DNA of 45,040 bases, filler included, from Catajapyx aquilonaris (GCA_000934665.2; 2 parts of 2 records of this genome joined end to end with filler, not necessarily neighbours in it), one strand, 5' to 3'; shown: positions 1 through 14,303, counted from the whole stretch's first letter. Translations and numbers: made by a program. Notes: generated by a model from the letters alone, not told the origin.

Positions 1-3000
1 ATGTAAATTCTTGTTCTTGATTAGCCTTTGAATAATTGTGGATGATGAGATACATTGGCGCGGGGCCTTTATGGTCGGGTCGCCGTAACTCTGACACAGT
101 CTTTATTAATTACAGGTTTTTCACATCCGTTGTGTACTGAAAGTTAGTAGGAAGCTTTAAATAAAATATTTTCTGTACTAGAATGGATTGATCGTGATAA
201 GTCGTGATGTTATAGTAACCTTTCATAAAACTAACATCACTGTCACTGGGAGGAAATGTGGTAAGCATTTTCTGTCTACAGGTGATTAGCTTGGTTGCTC
301 CGCATACATCATCCTTGTCTCTCTGTTTCTTAGTGATGGTCAGTCTCTTTGATTGGAAAATTCGTAAGTTTAGCACATCTTTGCTACTAAGAGCGCTGAT
401 GGCTTCGATGTGCTGCCGGTATCCTCCTCAAAATAGTTCATAGAATGCTCCTCAAGGTTGACTGCAGGATGCACTTGAAGAAGGCGGAATCATTTTCCCA
501 CCATGGTTCCTTTATTAGTCACGTCCAATTATGTTGTGATGGATAACTTTTGTCTGGATGGTAGACAGATATTTTCTTTTTATTTCTACTTAAAGTATCT
601 CCATTGCCTCTTAAGTCGCATTATGCTCTCAGTACTCTCACGTATTGTGGTATTCTGATTATTTTATGTCATCACATAGCACTTCTCTACTGAAGTTGGA
701 CCAGTTTATAGAGGATTTGTTTTGTCATAAACATTCAGACGTAGTGGAGAGGATTATCATTTATGATTGTGGTAGATACTTGTGTTCGTTAATAATCATA
801 CGTTATTTGAAGCAGTCGGTGGAATAGAGTCTGCACTAGAAGTAAGTGGTGGTGGTTGGTAGAATTGCGAATTGGTCAAAACACGGGGTGCAGCGTTGAC
901 ACTGCCTAAGACAAGATTCGTAGTTTTTCAGGAAATGACGAAAACGGCAAACTTATAACGTCACATTTTCTTAGGTATGCTGTCATGCTTCGCCAATCTG
1001 TGCTCTTGACACTCCACGTCCTGACGTCCATCTTGACAGTCTACATTGCCTCTCTACGTATCGTGCGTAAAAGTCGCGTTTCTCCATCAGATATGTCTTT
1101 TTATGGGGTGTCAGCTGAGGAAATTCAGTCTTCCTGAGTAGATCAAATAGGACTCTGATCCACTACTTAATCATGAAAAGAGTTAATTGTCGCGAGGAAG
1201 TTGACATGCAGTCATGTCATCAGATGTCATTCTGGCCAGATATGATGCTGTTGGGTATATTTTTATTTGTGTTTATATCTAGTCACTGGGATTAATAGTT
1301 GGTTCAGGTTGGAGATTACATCTCTGTTATTGTCGTTGCTTTCGTGAAGATGAAGTGACATGTCTTTGATTCCACAGCGGCATCAGTGCGATCCTTCTTA
1401 TCAGCAGAGTGTGCATTGGTAGTATATTAATGAATATTTCTCCACCTGAGACTGGTCCGATCAACGGCACCAATATCTCCATGAAAACAACTGCTGGCGA
1501 AAGTGGCCTTTGATTGTCGCTTTTCTCTTTCTCCGTAGTTGGGCGTTTTCAGTATGTGAGGGTTTATCAGCTTACAGGCTACCTTTTAGTTGTATTAGTA
1601 TCACAAATGAAAATATGAGAAGTAATAAGTAATGTTTTGTATACTGGCTATACTGAATAATAGCTACCTTATATATTACATGAGTTACTAATCCATATAT
1701 TTAAATGGATAAATCAGGTTACTTATTTCTACATTCTTGATTTTGTATTGTATCTGTATTCCAGACTTTAGGGTCACCGCCATGTATGTGTCCAGACTTT
1801 AGGGTCACCGTTCCAGTCCCGTCACGCTCGAGTTTTCCCTTTTAAAGACGTACTCACGTCGAAAGCTGCGGCTTGTGTCCCCTACACAACCGAATGTATT
1901 TATATTTCTTATCGTGTGATGTCCCACTTCTCCAGTTTCTTTAATGTGGGTGGGTGTGAATACCTTTCTAGATCCGACACTTATACTACTTCTGACTTTT
2001 CTGATGATTATCCATTATTTTATCCTTCTTTGGTTGGTCCTGAAGACAGTGGAATGCGTAGATAGAAGAGTAACTTCGAGGAATAAAACAGTCCAGGAAG
2101 CATGAACACCAAGGCGGCTTCACTTCCTGGGACCAGGGTTTGTCCCAGAGCGACGCAGTCCATCTCCATGAATTCCTCAAGCGTTTGGTAAACGAAACCA
2201 ACCTAAACCAAACCTCAAGCGTCATTATCTTATTTTGTAACGATCGTCCCAAGGTCGCCAATGTTTGTGGAATTCTGATTTAGTAGTTGAGTAATCATGC
2301 ATGTTATGTTCCGTTTTCTTTGCTTAATTGACCTCTTTCATCTATCTGAATAACTTGTAGCGAGCATTTATATGTTTATTGTGCTCCATCTCCAGCTTTA
2401 TCATGCTTTATCATTCCCAGTATAGCACTCTTCACTTCGTAGCAGTGTTGTTTGTTTTTTCGGCGTGATCCTGAGGATAGATGAGTCAGGTTCATATGTA
2501 ATATTATTCAGCCTGAGAAGATTATTATCGATGACATAATGAGAGCTAAACAATAATTTGGCTGAGCAACAATCATTTATTCAATACCTAAATACGAAGA
2601 AACAGTAACAGTATTCATTCCCAACAACGTCACTCGAACTGAGCAGATTTAGAAACCATGTAGGGAAGACCACCTACGACGCCACCTCTTCTGAAGTTTA
2701 TTATACGTAGCACTCCTGTCTGAGTCTCGTTCACAGGAAATTGGCTGTCTCCAGCGCCAGTTACTTAGTATTAATCACGGTATTAGCCCCTGCCATCTGT
2801 ATGGAATTTAATGGCATATTTTCGGATATTATAAGAGCCTGCCACCTCCTGGAAATATGTATAGTATTAATGAGAAATGTGTGTGAGTGATAATATACAG
2901 TTGGAGGTGGTCACTGATCAAAATTGCACTCTTAATTCATCAGTAACTTGAGTGAAGTAACAAATAAGGTACTTTAAATCACAGTGATTTCAATAAAAAA

Positions 3001-6000
3001 ATTATCTGAGATAATACGGAAGTGGGAAGACAATTTTGGTTGCTTTGAAACTTTGAAACATGAAGTTATAATATCAGAAACTATAGTTACAGTAATTTAA
3101 ATATTGTGCATGGCTGAATGTTGGATTGATATGCATTGTTAGTTTACAATAGCTTGGTGCAATAGATATCTAAAGTATATTAAATGCTAGTTGTACGCTG
3201 AAATTAAAAAAATACTTGTCCCAGATGATTTTAAGCTCTCATGCCGTGTATGATCCTGACTATGCCGATTGGGGGTAACTGTGGTCTTTCCTGTATGGTT
3301 TTGCTTTGTCTTTCTGGATCCATCATTCCATACCTCGTCATGTTCTGTAGTAGGATGTCCCAGCTTCTTTAATGCTGTTCGGTGTGGGTACCTTGCGGGA
3401 CTGTACGTCCGACTCAAGCCGATTTAAGGCTGCACGTGAAGTGATCACCTAAATGAATGGATCTACAGCAGTTGTGGTGCAGTTTGCATTATACGATTGT
3501 CTTTTTCTGTCCTCCCCTTTCGTTAGAAGACATTCTTCCATCCCTCTAAACTATTAGAAAGTGTTGTGCGAGCATAAAATATTGACACGGTTTTTGATAT
3601 TCCATTTCCCCGGACCTTTGCTGTGTCATTCCGGCTATAGCACGTGCTTCATTTCAAAGTTCTGTCGTTTGTTCGGCGTGATGCTGAGGAGAGATGAATC
3701 AGGTTCATGTGTGATATTATTCGGGCTGAGGAGGCAATTACACTGCAAGTTTGGAGGTGATTATAGTTTCCATAACATGACGACCATGATGATTAGTTGC
3801 AAAGGCGTATGTTCTTTTATCTTGCCTCAACAGAGTTGGAATGAAACGCCTAAATTATAGCAGATGGTATACCTCATGGTTATGTTTAAATGGTATAGTA
3901 CTACTGGATAAAAATTAGGCACGATATTTGCTAAGAGTTTGTGCAGCTTTGACAATTGAAATCTTTTTCAATGCGCTTCCTGATAACCCATCTCCAGCCA
4001 CTGATCTTCATCATGCTAAGACTGGTACCACTAATTCAGTTTGCGCTTTATTAATGATGGAATGGAGTTACTCTCACCACTGGTAATTCCGAAATGATCT
4101 GGTACTGGTGGTGGTGGGGATGATATTAATTCTGGCAATTATTGGTCTTTACATGATATCAAATCGCCTTTTGACTTCGCTGGCCCAACTCATATAAACA
4201 GAGGGAGTTTCATTATTATTGTGGTAGCACCTTCTTGGTCGAGATTAAATTAAATGTTGCTACAGTTGTTGACGTGGAAGTGAAATGTCAGGAAGGAATG
4301 CCCATTAACACTCTTGCCATTAAGAATGCTCCCGCTGCGGCATCAGCTCGATGAGAAAGTGCACTCGTATCGTAATGAAACAGGCGTGATTTGTTCGTAA
4401 AATGGCCTCTTGAGTCATTGTTATTGCCATTAATTGTTCAATACAATTGGTAATATACAGTGTAGGATCCGTCACTAGCCGTGAATGTTTATGGATAGCC
4501 ACCCGCTTCTGAGACTTATGGGAATGTGGATGCAATGAATGGCACCCACAGCTCTGGGAAAACCAACTAAAAATGCAATTCATTGCCTTTTCTCGATTTC
4601 TCCGGCGTTGGGCGTTTTGGGTTTGGGTCCCTTCCGTGGTAACCCTTCTGAGCTCATAAGCTGAGTGCAGTATGATAGATCCGCCAGCTCAATCGGTATT
4701 TGCCCTATTGTACCTTTTGAGTGTGCGTGTGTACCCCATGGTCGGTGCCCCATTGTCTGGTGCGAATGGCTGCCGATCATGGGGATGAGGGTATATAAGC
4801 TGTATCTTCCTACTGCCTCAGGGCAGGAGGTAAAGGGTCGGTTGAAACTAACTGCTTGTACCTGCATAAAAATAATGTGTACATATCATCAGTATTAAAT
4901 AAACATTATATGCACGTGCTGTTTTTTTTTGTTTCTCTACTGTCACGTCAGCGTCAGTTAGAGGTCTACAGTTTGTATCTGCCTGTCACATCATAATGTT
5001 GCCACGAATATAATATGTCAATACGGAAATGGCATGAACTCTTCTTCTGTGATGATCTATGTTATACTTAGGTGAATGCCAAAATTATTTTATTTTCAAT
5101 TTTTTTGCATTACCAAAATGGTCACCCGAATTTTCAGTGGCAAATGTGGTGGTAAAAGAAACGGTCCGTCCAATATGAATCTCTGTTACATTTTGCAGTG
5201 TATCTCTGTATGTCTTCCCCGTGGTGCGTTCATTTGTTGCTGCGTAGGCTCTTCCGTCGAACTACAGCCACGAGAGATGTGCCACAACAAGGTCCCTAAA
5301 ATATATACTGTATACCGTATTCCTTCCATATTTCAGTGACCAGTCTTTCCTCTCCACGCACCATGAACATGCCCACTTGGTTTTGGTGTGTCCGCCTCTG
5401 TCCCAATATCCCGTGCGATTTATTATTATGACAATAATTGAAACATATGCTTTCTGTCATGTTTTCATAATCCATGTAAGTGTGCGTTGGGGTTGGTTTC
5501 AAATTATGCTGATGGTGGACCAGTTTCCTGAGATGTTTCGTCCTGAGCGGGGATGGGTTGATCTTCGGTACATCGGTTTCCATTAATTCAGTCGTAGGAT
5601 ACAGTGTTTGGGGTCCTACATTTTGGAAAAATATTTTGGTGAGATTTGCAATGATGTCATGGTTTGATTGGTTGTTGGTTTCCGTGCAGTGGAAACTGTT
5701 GGATGCTCTACAAGTAGCTTCAGCTGGTGTTTGTGTGATCCTTGGTATCTGGTTCTACCAAGTTGACTCTGATTGACAGTAAGGCAATGAAAATACTCTT
5801 GTTGTGTCTGTATTTTCGTGTTTTTGGTTCCATTTTTTTTGCGTCAGTAACATTTTAATGACCAGAGAATATTAGTCAGTTATGTTGTCTTGAGTTCATG
5901 CTGTGATGTGGGTGACATCCTTTTACCATGTGCCAATAAGTTCCATTTTATTAAAATGTGAATCTGTGGAAGCCCATAATTTTCACTGTATTGTTTTCTC

Positions 6001-6600
6001 AACTTTTAATGAGATGGATATGCTATTTGATATGATTTTGGCCCCAGCTTAGTTCTTAGAATTAACTCCTGTCTTCCTCCACCATTCCTGTTGTCGTCAA
6101 TGTTGATATTTAGGAATGGATGGATCATCCAATCCGTTATTTGAAGAGGAAAAACGGTCAGCCAGATCTTGATGGATCTCACTCAGGTGTGCACAATGCA
6201 CTTTAAAGGTCGTCATCCGGTATATTCTCCTCTCCACCGCCTCCCGCGTTAGAGAGGCTTGGAAACTGCGTGACATCACGATAGTCTTAGTTACACCGCT
6301 TCACTACTTGGAGGAATATGGCTGATGTCTTGAACTTCACCTGTCCCACCTTTGCGTCTATGGACGTATGCGTAATCAATATTACGCAAGCAGTGTTTTT
6401 TCACCTCATATTTATTGTCACGTCAGTGTCAATGACATGCATTCAGTGATTATTATCTGTCTTGTCACATCAGAATATTGTCAAGAAGTGCAATCAATAG
6501 TAAATGACATTGAACTCTTCTTCGGTGTACGCCAAATATTATTTTGAGTTTTTCACATTGCAAAAAATGGTAGTCCCAATTTACAATGGACAAGCGGATG
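1..6600 (-). mobile_element. Degenerate repeat region, possibly nested LTR-retrotransposon relics
   Basis: No intact ORFs. Internally repeated diverged segments (2461-2520 vs 3675-3733; ~4910-5120 vs ~6385-6575). PBS-like ACA-TTGGCGACC (minus, ~2265-2254) and TGGTGCCG (minus, ~1472-1465). No pol domain confidently recognised. Confidence 0.3.
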
Positions 6601-7922
6601 CTGGTGTTTGAAATAAGTGTGAGTTATATTTTACCATTGCCGTATTGGTTGATGAAGATCCACAGCGTTACGTCAGCCGTGAATGGCAGTCTGCGATTTA
6701 TTATGCAACTTTTTTATGACCATGATTATTTACGGCTTTTAAAAATCTGCGAACGGATATTTTACAGGTATTCCAGATATCTGGGGTGGATTTTGTGAAA
6801 AAATATGTAGGTCTTCACGGATCCTCTGTAAGATTAGCATGTCTGCTTGGTATACCTCACCGTTCTTAAACGTAATGGGAAGTGACCCTACTCGTAATTC
6901 GCAGTTATTGTCTCATTTCAGGTATTTCGACACTTTCTGATTGGTCCTAAATCATTGAATATTCCAAATATAAATAACACACTTTATATTACTCTCATCT
7001 ATAGATGTAGTAAGGTTGTGGGTATGTTTCAGTTTTCAAAGTTTGAATATATGATATATTAGCAAGGTAATAGTTCCTTGCATGGGATCCAAAATAGCGC
7101 GTTAGAGAAGAGCACTGCCTTGATTTAAGGTTGATTTTTTTTCCACATAAGACGGTCGTAAGTTGATTTCAAATATAACTTCTATAGGCACAATTCTTTG
7201 CGTCAGTATATTATGTAATCCATTGTACAGAAAATTAATAAGGACACCCTTTACTTCTAAAAATTGTGCAACTGTATGTTTTTCCGCTAAAAACACTCAT
7301 GTTCCAGTTATATTTTTCGAGTTAATATGTCATATATATCATACATTAAAAAAAGTAAGATTTCGTGAATAAAAGAACTTAGGTGAACGGATATTCTACA
7401 GTAGCCTACAAGTGTACAACCTACCCATTTTGTATGCGTGTGGAGCTTTACTCTGTATCTTTTCTGTGATGTTGGTACTGTACAAGGTACATCCAGGTTC
7501 AGGAACTCGTCGTCTGGAAAATGCGACTTGCAGGTCGTAAAGATCTCTTCGGTTTCTGTAATGGAAAATAGCATGAACTTTGAACACCGACCAAAAGATG
7601 GGAAAACAAAATGTAAAGTCCACCATGTCGATACCACAACAAGTTCAGAGCAAGTCACACACGCTCTTATTATACTAATTGATGCATACCTGGACTGTAA
7701 CAGCAAGCCTTGAAGATTTTCCATTTGAAGCGTTTACCTGGCTCTGATGTAGGTGAACTAGGGCCTTGTGAGCAGAGGTCTAGGAACTCCCCATTTCCTA
7801 TCCCCACCACGTCGTCATTTAACTCAATACCTAAAGCTGCTATTAGTATGAAATAACAATTAGTGTCAAAATGAAGTACTGTGAGGTACTCATTAATTTA
7901 GGCGAGTTTTTAATTTCATTTA

Positions 7923-7978
7923 GGGCCGGTTCTATGAATATACGTTCTTAAGGTAACCTTAGCCCATACTGCCGGCCC
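7923..7978. mobile_element. Tiny PIF/Harbinger MITE derivative
   Basis: TTA-GGGCCGG...CCGGCCC-TTA; same termini as the 8093 element. Confidence 0.6.
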
Positions 7979-8092
7979 TTAATTTTAACTTAAATCCCAA
8001 TAATACTAGGTCTATACTGCAGTTTTTCCCAAAAGAAGGGAAAAGAGGCATCAGAATAACCCGATGACCCTCAACCAGGAACATCCCATTAA

Positions 8093-8219
8093 GGGCCGGT
8101 TTCACCGAGCTTGGTATATGATAAAACCAAGTTTCTTTAGGAAAATCCCATACAAATAGATAGGGATTTTGAGAAAGAACCCTGGTTTTATCATATACTG
8201 AGCTCGGTGAAACCGGCCC
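8093..8219. mobile_element. PIF/Harbinger (Tourist-like) MITE
   Basis: TIRs GGGCCGGTTTCACCGAGCT / AGCTCGGTGAAACCGGCCC, almost fully palindromic, TAA target duplication on both sides. Confidence 0.85.
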
Positions 8220-8715
8220 TAAATGTGCATAATAAATGTTTCAAATAGTCAGCAATATAAGTACTGTCAGATATATATATATATATATATTTTTTTTTGA
8301 GATCTTGGAACCTATGTCATTTACTTCTATAATTTTGTCTCGGTTTACGCCTTTTCTGCTCATTTCGCCACGTTGACTTAAAATTGCAAATGGAAATGGC
8401 CACCACCATGAAATCGCGGTCCTGCAATTGTTGCCGACGAAATGGCCACCACTCTCGCCCCCACCTCCCAATTTAGCGTGCCGAATAACCTGCTAATTAC
8501 ATACCTGCGTCGGGGTGTGCTTCTGGGAACAAACTAAGCAATTTTGCTGTCCCATAAACTATTCTCGCCCAGCACATGCGACATTCTCAGCATTACCTAT
8601 TCCACAACATAATACTTATACACCTTTAAAAATTGATTGCCCTTTCAGGTAGTGTGAATCGACATTGAGAAAAAGCAGTATAGTGTACGTGGCAAAATTC
8701 AGTTGCGTCGCAGCC

Positions 8716-10713
8716 ATGGAAACAGTTAAACTTGTGTTGTTGGACCTCCTGATGGCCAGTGTTGTTACTGCTGGGACGAATCATAACATATCTCTCATTG
8801 TGGAAAATAGTGAGGAAAGCCAAGGAATAGAACTGCTGGCAGAGCTGGTGATACATATTTTCCAAAGAGAGCACTTGAATTCGTGCTCACTGGTGGTGTC
8901 CACAGACTGGGATCCGTCAGAAGTGGCGACTGTCCCCATGGACAGACTGTTGATCGGACAGTCTGCCAACTACCTCCCTTCTCTCTCCGTGCTGATGAGG
9001 TCCTTTCCCCACTCCTTCAGAGACTACCCCTGGCTGACCAAGGAGGAACAGCTCCTGGACTTCAGGACTGTCCCTCCCTCCCTCCTGTCCAGACTCTGGT
9101 CTGGGACGTCCTGCACCTTCCACGTCCTCATGCCATCCATCCCTTCCTCGCTCCCACAGCTCCTCATCCACACAGCCTCTCTCGTCAAGGTGTCTCCGGG
9201 ACTGGATCGGTTCCTCGTACACTTCCCGTCAGACCAAGTGATTCACCGGGTGCTGATGTCACCACCTGTCAGTGCTCTCAGGCTGAGGGTGTCCACCAGA
9301 ATGGATTCGGGACAGCTTTTGGTGGAGACGGTCTGCAATTTTTGCGGAGGAGGAGGCCAGCAGGAGATCCGGACAGTGGGACACTACTGTGGTGGAAATC
9401 CGGGTAATGTAAAGGGCGTCTTCACTGGACGCGAATTGCACGCGAATGGAAAATCTGTGAGAGTTGGGATAATGCTTAACCTTGATATTGAAAAGGTCAG
9501 AAAGACTAAGAAGGTAGAAGGAGAAATGGCTCTTACTGCATATGAACGAGGATTCGTAATTGCAGAAGAATTAACACGAACACATTTAGTACCTACATTT
9601 ATCCCAGTCAAAGAGGCAAAATTCGACAGTAGAAGTGAAAACGGCTCTTGGGACGGGGTGACGGGTCATATTGTGGGAGATCTAGCTGATATAATTCCTT
9701 CCATCTTCATGTTCGACGAGTCTTTGTCGCTTCTTCTCACTACCTCACCTTATGTGGCTGCCTTTGGAACATTTGTGACCAGAAAGCCTAAAGGAATCGT
9801 AACTTGGTTGTTCATTTTCCAGCCATATGAATTGTCCTTTTGGATGGTGTTTTTGTTGTTCATCGTTATCTGTAGTTTATTCTTGTGCATTAATTCAAAC
9901 CGCAGCGGGGATACCTCAGTGAGTTCAAATTTCTCAAAGTCTTTGACTCTTGTGCTACGAGAAATGGTAGAGCAGCCGGAAAACTACTCCAGAAAAATGC
10001 CTCTTTCATTTGCTCTTGCATTTTGCCTGTTCTCGACAGTGATTATTTGCGGATACAAAGGAAAAGTAGTCTCATTTCTGACGTCACCTCCTCGGGAAAT
10101 AGTGCCTACCACTTTTCAGGAATTGGTAGACTCCAACTGGCGAATTGAAACTACCATAATTGAATACTTGATTTTGCAAATATTGGCATGTAACCTTAAA
10201 AACTCCGCTGCGAACAGGATACTGGAAACTGCAGTTATAGCGAAGAGTGTTCCAGATTGTTTAGACAAAACATATCAGCAACAGATAGCGTGCGGTGGAA
10301 TCAATAATTTACTTAACCTAGAAGTGTATCGATACAAAAGCAACGATGGGGAATCTCGAGTTCAGTTTGCTGAGGATAATATCTTTCCATCTTACACGGT
10401 CAATATTGCCTCGAGAGCAAATTCTGCAATGATTCAAGTAATGGAATCATCATTTGTCAGAGTTGTTAATGAAGCCAACCTTATTGACAAAATTTTAAAA
10501 GATGAGCTTTACATGAAGTTGTTGCACAATTTGAAAGAAATTATTGCCTTGGAAAATCGAAATTCACAAATCAAGTTTGCAGAAGAAATAGTAAACTTGT
10601 ACAAGTGTTCAGCAGTCTTTGAAATTTGGGTTTTAGGATTGGCAATCAGTTTTTTAGTGCTTGTTGTGGAAACCCTGAATCCGCAATGTTTCTGTCCAAA
10701 GTATTATTGGTAA
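8716..10713 (+). CDS. Divergent ionotropic receptor (IR; variant iGluR family chemoreceptor), intronless, ~665 aa
   Basis: Long ORF with first ATG at 8716 and a signal-peptide-like N-terminus (METVKLVLLDLLMASVVTAG). S1-lobe motif NGSWDGVTGHIVGDLADI, M1 region FIFQPYELSFWMVFLLFIVICSLF, M3 region YKGKVVSFLTSP..PTTFQELVDS, and a C-terminal TM segment (VFEIWVLGLAISFLVLVVE). Confidence 0.88.
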   Translation: METVKLVLLDLLMASVVTAGTNHNISLIVENSEESQGIELLAELVIHIFQREHLNSCSLVVSTDWDPSEVATVPMDRLLIGQSANYLPSLSVLMRSFPHSFRDYPWLTKEEQLLDFRTVPPSLLSRLWSGTSCTFHVLMPSIPSSLPQLLIHTASLVKVSPGLDRFLVHFPSDQVIHRVLMSPPVSALRLRVSTRMDSGQLLVETVCNFCGGGGQQEIRTVGHYCGGNPGNVKGVFTGRELHANGKSVRVGIMLNLDIEKVRKTKKVEGEMALTAYERGFVIAEELTRTHLVPTFIPVKEAKFDSRSENGSWDGVTGHIVGDLADIIPSIFMFDESLSLLLTTSPYVAAFGTFVTRKPKGIVTWLFIFQPYELSFWMVFLLFIVICSLFLCINSNRSGDTSVSSNFSKSLTLVLREMVEQPENYSRKMPLSFALAFCLFSTVIICGYKGKVVSFLTSPPREIVPTTFQELVDSNWRIETTIIEYLILQILACNLKNSAANRILETAVIAKSVPDCLDKTYQQQIACGGINNLLNLEVYRYKSNDGESRVQFAEDNIFPSYTVNIASRANSAMIQVMESSFVRVVNEANLIDKILKDELYMKLLHNLKEIIALENRNSQIKFAEEIVNLYKCSAVFEIWVLGLAISFLVLVVETLNPQCFCPKYYW

Positions 10714-13700
10714 GACATATGCACAGGAGACATCCATAAATTTCCAGTAGATATTTATTGAGATTATTCCTTGTACAGTATGCATCTCTGATATCCAGCA
10801 ACATTCAGAGCGAATCGAAATCTTTGCCCAATTTTTAATTGTCACCAAGCTGCTTATTTCTTTTACCAGTTCGTCTTTGTGTTTGAAGAGTTACCCTGCT
10901 AATGGTAATAAAAGGTGTTAGCCGCTAATATTATGCCGAACTTAGTCATCCATCCTTGAAGCACACAGAATATAATAAAATTATCGGATCACGACTGACC
11001 CATTTGAACAATTTGCATCTCATGTATTTTGGATCACCCTGCGTAATGCAATATGAAGTTGTTGCAACAGATACAGTATGTAGTTAGATACACTTGCAAG
11101 TAATGTTTAGCCTTCATCCAGCAATATTTTCACCACCATAATTATGCATCACAAGCCCACACAGTGTCTCGTTGTGTATTATAATATTATATGAATGATA
11201 TTTCTAATAGTTACACGCCAATGTATAATAATTATATTATAGTTATCTGTGAATGTCACCACGATATCTGCAGAGCAAGATGTATATTCTAACTATCACA
11301 TGTATATAGGAAGCACTACTGCTCAATATACGCAATCAACATAAATGCCATTTTAAATGTACTAACATGAAATGCAATAAAGATTACCGTATTCTTCACA
11401 TTATGACCCATGCTCCTTATTATAAGTCCTAGCTAGCTATTTCTCTGTTCGAGTCTCGTATACGTAGTACAGTGTAATATGACCACCACATAATTACTAA
11501 GTATCTACGTATACATGTCAATGTCTAAAGTAGTATATTATTTTTATTCAAAACAGTAAGATTGAAGGAGAGAGGCCTATACCTTTACTTGTAAGTGATA
11601 TTCCATTGAAATTCGATTTGACCTAACCGGAAATGAAAATTCATTGCGCTGTACTTGTGAACTGACACGACCAACTTACATGAACCTACAAAGAGTGCCG
11701 AACTCAAATTACCGTCCAGCAAATTGTGTCTTTCTAACAACTCTCACGTCAGCGAAATCAAAATGCCAATAGCTAGTTGATTCAAATAACAGTTATTCAT
11801 TGCAGACGATTTCCTTTCCAAAATATTTTGTGAAATTCCAGGCGGAGACCTCAACAGTCAAGGTAGGAAAACAGTACACAGTTTCAGTACACAAACAATA
11901 ATATTATGTTATGTTCGTACAATGCTTCGTGGAATTCCGACTTCTCATATTGACACAATCTTCTCAATCCATCTCCTTTGACGGACACTGTGGCAATCGC
12001 AAACTAATTTCATTGTCACATATTCTATTCTCTCCAACCTACGCGCGTATGTACGGTACCGGCCTGGTACCGGTATGTGTCATGTCATATAGTAATTACA
12101 CCTTTTCACGAGATTGATCGGCTTTTTCAGCTGGGTCGACAGCCCAGAAAGCATAATACGTCGGAAATTCCTGTGGAGTGGCACCCATGGCAGTCATTAA
12201 GTATGGCAGTTATTAAGTACACCGTATGTGTTGTTTCCATGCTTACAAAATAAAACGCACAAAATAATGAGGTTAAAAGAGACCTTTTCTCATTGGGCTG
12301 CGGGAAATAATGCTGAAAAACCCGATATGATACAATACTATACGGCATGATCCGATTCTAATTGGACAACAATGACAGCATTGATAGTCAGTCTCATTAT
12401 CCATAGCCAAAGAATCCAATTTAAATGGTAACCTGCTTGTAACTTGACCTTGGCGGATCGAGGGAACCTGGAAAAGCTGAAGTTGGCTATGAAACATATT
12501 TTGGCCACGCTAAATCCGAATCCGAAAACAGTTGGTCGCTATCTCTTGCGATTTAGGCCCTGATGATACCAGTCTACGGACAGACGGACATAGCATTTTA
12601 AAAGATTTCAACAAAAAAAGGGGGAAAAAAGTAAATCTAAATTTCCAATGCCTAATAACTGAGATTACATCTCCATTACACTGTAGTAGCAAGAATAATA
12701 TTATAATGTTGCTTTTTATCAATAATAAGTAGTGGTACACTATGTAAAAAGCGTATAAGTGGCGCGTGACTGTAAAGGACCAAAGTAGCTCAGGATGTCG
12801 TCGCCTTGGTCGTCGCTGTATTCAAAAAGTGTGACCTAAGGATCCGATTTGTCAGACTGAATTATATATACATAATTATGCAGTGTGTGGGGGTATCATT
12901 AGGCCAAATATTCATTATTTTCCGTGCCTATGAAGTGTACGGTATGTTATGATCCGGTAGGTCTCCAATGTGTACCTGTCGGTTACTGTCATCTCTGCTG
13001 GTCTCCCTTTGGTATATGCTGTAGATGTTCCACCCTTCGCATTCAAGCGTCATTGTGTGGGACGGGCTTTATTCTGGCTACGTGGACACTATATAGTAAG
13101 TAGGAACACTGATGCATGCGGGATGTTTGGAGAAGCGACGGTCATCTCTGCAGTATTTAACAGGAACAATATAATCATTTGAATTTGGGGTAACTTAGGT
13201 GCTCGTTGCGATTCATCATACAGTGACTGAGAGGAGCCCTTTGCACTGCTTCTTGCATGTTGACACATAATAAGTTCGCCTTCAGATGGAAAAGTTGTGC
13301 TTGGTACAGTTGCCTTTGGTACTTCGGTCTTATCTTATTGTCTGCTGATGTTCTAAGACAGACTCATAAGAGTATCATTCTGAAGCCCTGTCACTACTGA
13401 CGTCTGGTGCAGAGACCCTGATATTTTTCTCACGTTACGTGCTTGTTAACGTGAAGCTTGTGGCAATAAAGGGCAAGTAATAAGGGAGCTGAATCTGGCT
13501 TGTTGGTCTTGGGGTATTTTATTTGAGATTTTGATACAAAGCGGGGAGCGTGAGCTGTAGGACATCAAAAGTTTTGGTCGGTCCTTATGCCCTTATAATA
13601 GTAACTAAAAAATCAGTTGTTGTTGAACCTTTCAGTTGAACATTAGGAAAAATTGTATTCAGCCTCAAAATGCTGGGCTCTACACCACATCTGAGTACTT

Positions 13701-13729
13701 TCCCCGTCAGCAGAGGCACTTCCTTCATC

Positions 13730-14040
13730 ACTTCGTCATTAACGACTGGTGCACTAAAGGGGACATCGGCAGCATTGCAGCAGTCGCAGACGATTTTATG
13801 AATCCGCTGGGAAGGTGGTTGTCATAAAAATGTCCCAATCCACGAATCTGGAAGAAACAGTTCTCCAGGCAATCATGGTTCAGAAGTGCTGTGAGTATGT
13901 AGAAGTCTGAAGTGCATGTCCCCTCCATGTCTTCGTAAAGGCTCTGCAGAGCTTTTATAGACTGCATCATGGCCCGTTGAAATGGCAGCAGTGACCATTT
14001 TGGCCAGTTGTGGGTTGGTGAATGACTAAAAGAGAGGTGC
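13730..14040 (-). mobile_element. P-element/THAP9-like transposase remnant
   Basis: LLPFQRAMMQSIKALQSLYEDM...FYILTALLNHDCLENCFFQIRGLGHFYDN resembles the P-transposase LPFQ...YILT.RLNQD.LEN.F..IR catalytic-Glu region. Confidence 0.75.
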
Positions 14041-14052
14041 CGGTCTTTCAAT

Positions 14053-14303
14053 GCTATTCTGCATTTACTGCACAACCTTCAATTTTTCATCACATATTTT
14101 TGTTGGACTTTTAAGGCGTATTGTGTATTTTCTTACAACCTGACATCCATAGTGTGTTGTATGGACTTCATGCACATGCAGTAATTATGCTCCATGTGCC
14201 AACATTGTGTAGCCATAATTATTGCAAAGGCTACTACCACATCAATGAGTCACTCCTATGAAAAAGTATTTCATAACCCGAGCAACGCCGGGTATCCTGC
14301 TAG
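14053..14303 (+). mobile_element. Helitron 3' end (copy 1)
   Basis: Subterminal hairpin ACCCGAGCAACGCCGGGT then ATCCTG-CTAG|T; ~250 bp homologous to 22575-22852. Confidence 0.75.

Noticed and set aside
7102..7724. Cluster of 60-140 aa ORFs with some splice-like sites
   Set aside because: No recognisable homology or consistent exon chain could be built by eye.
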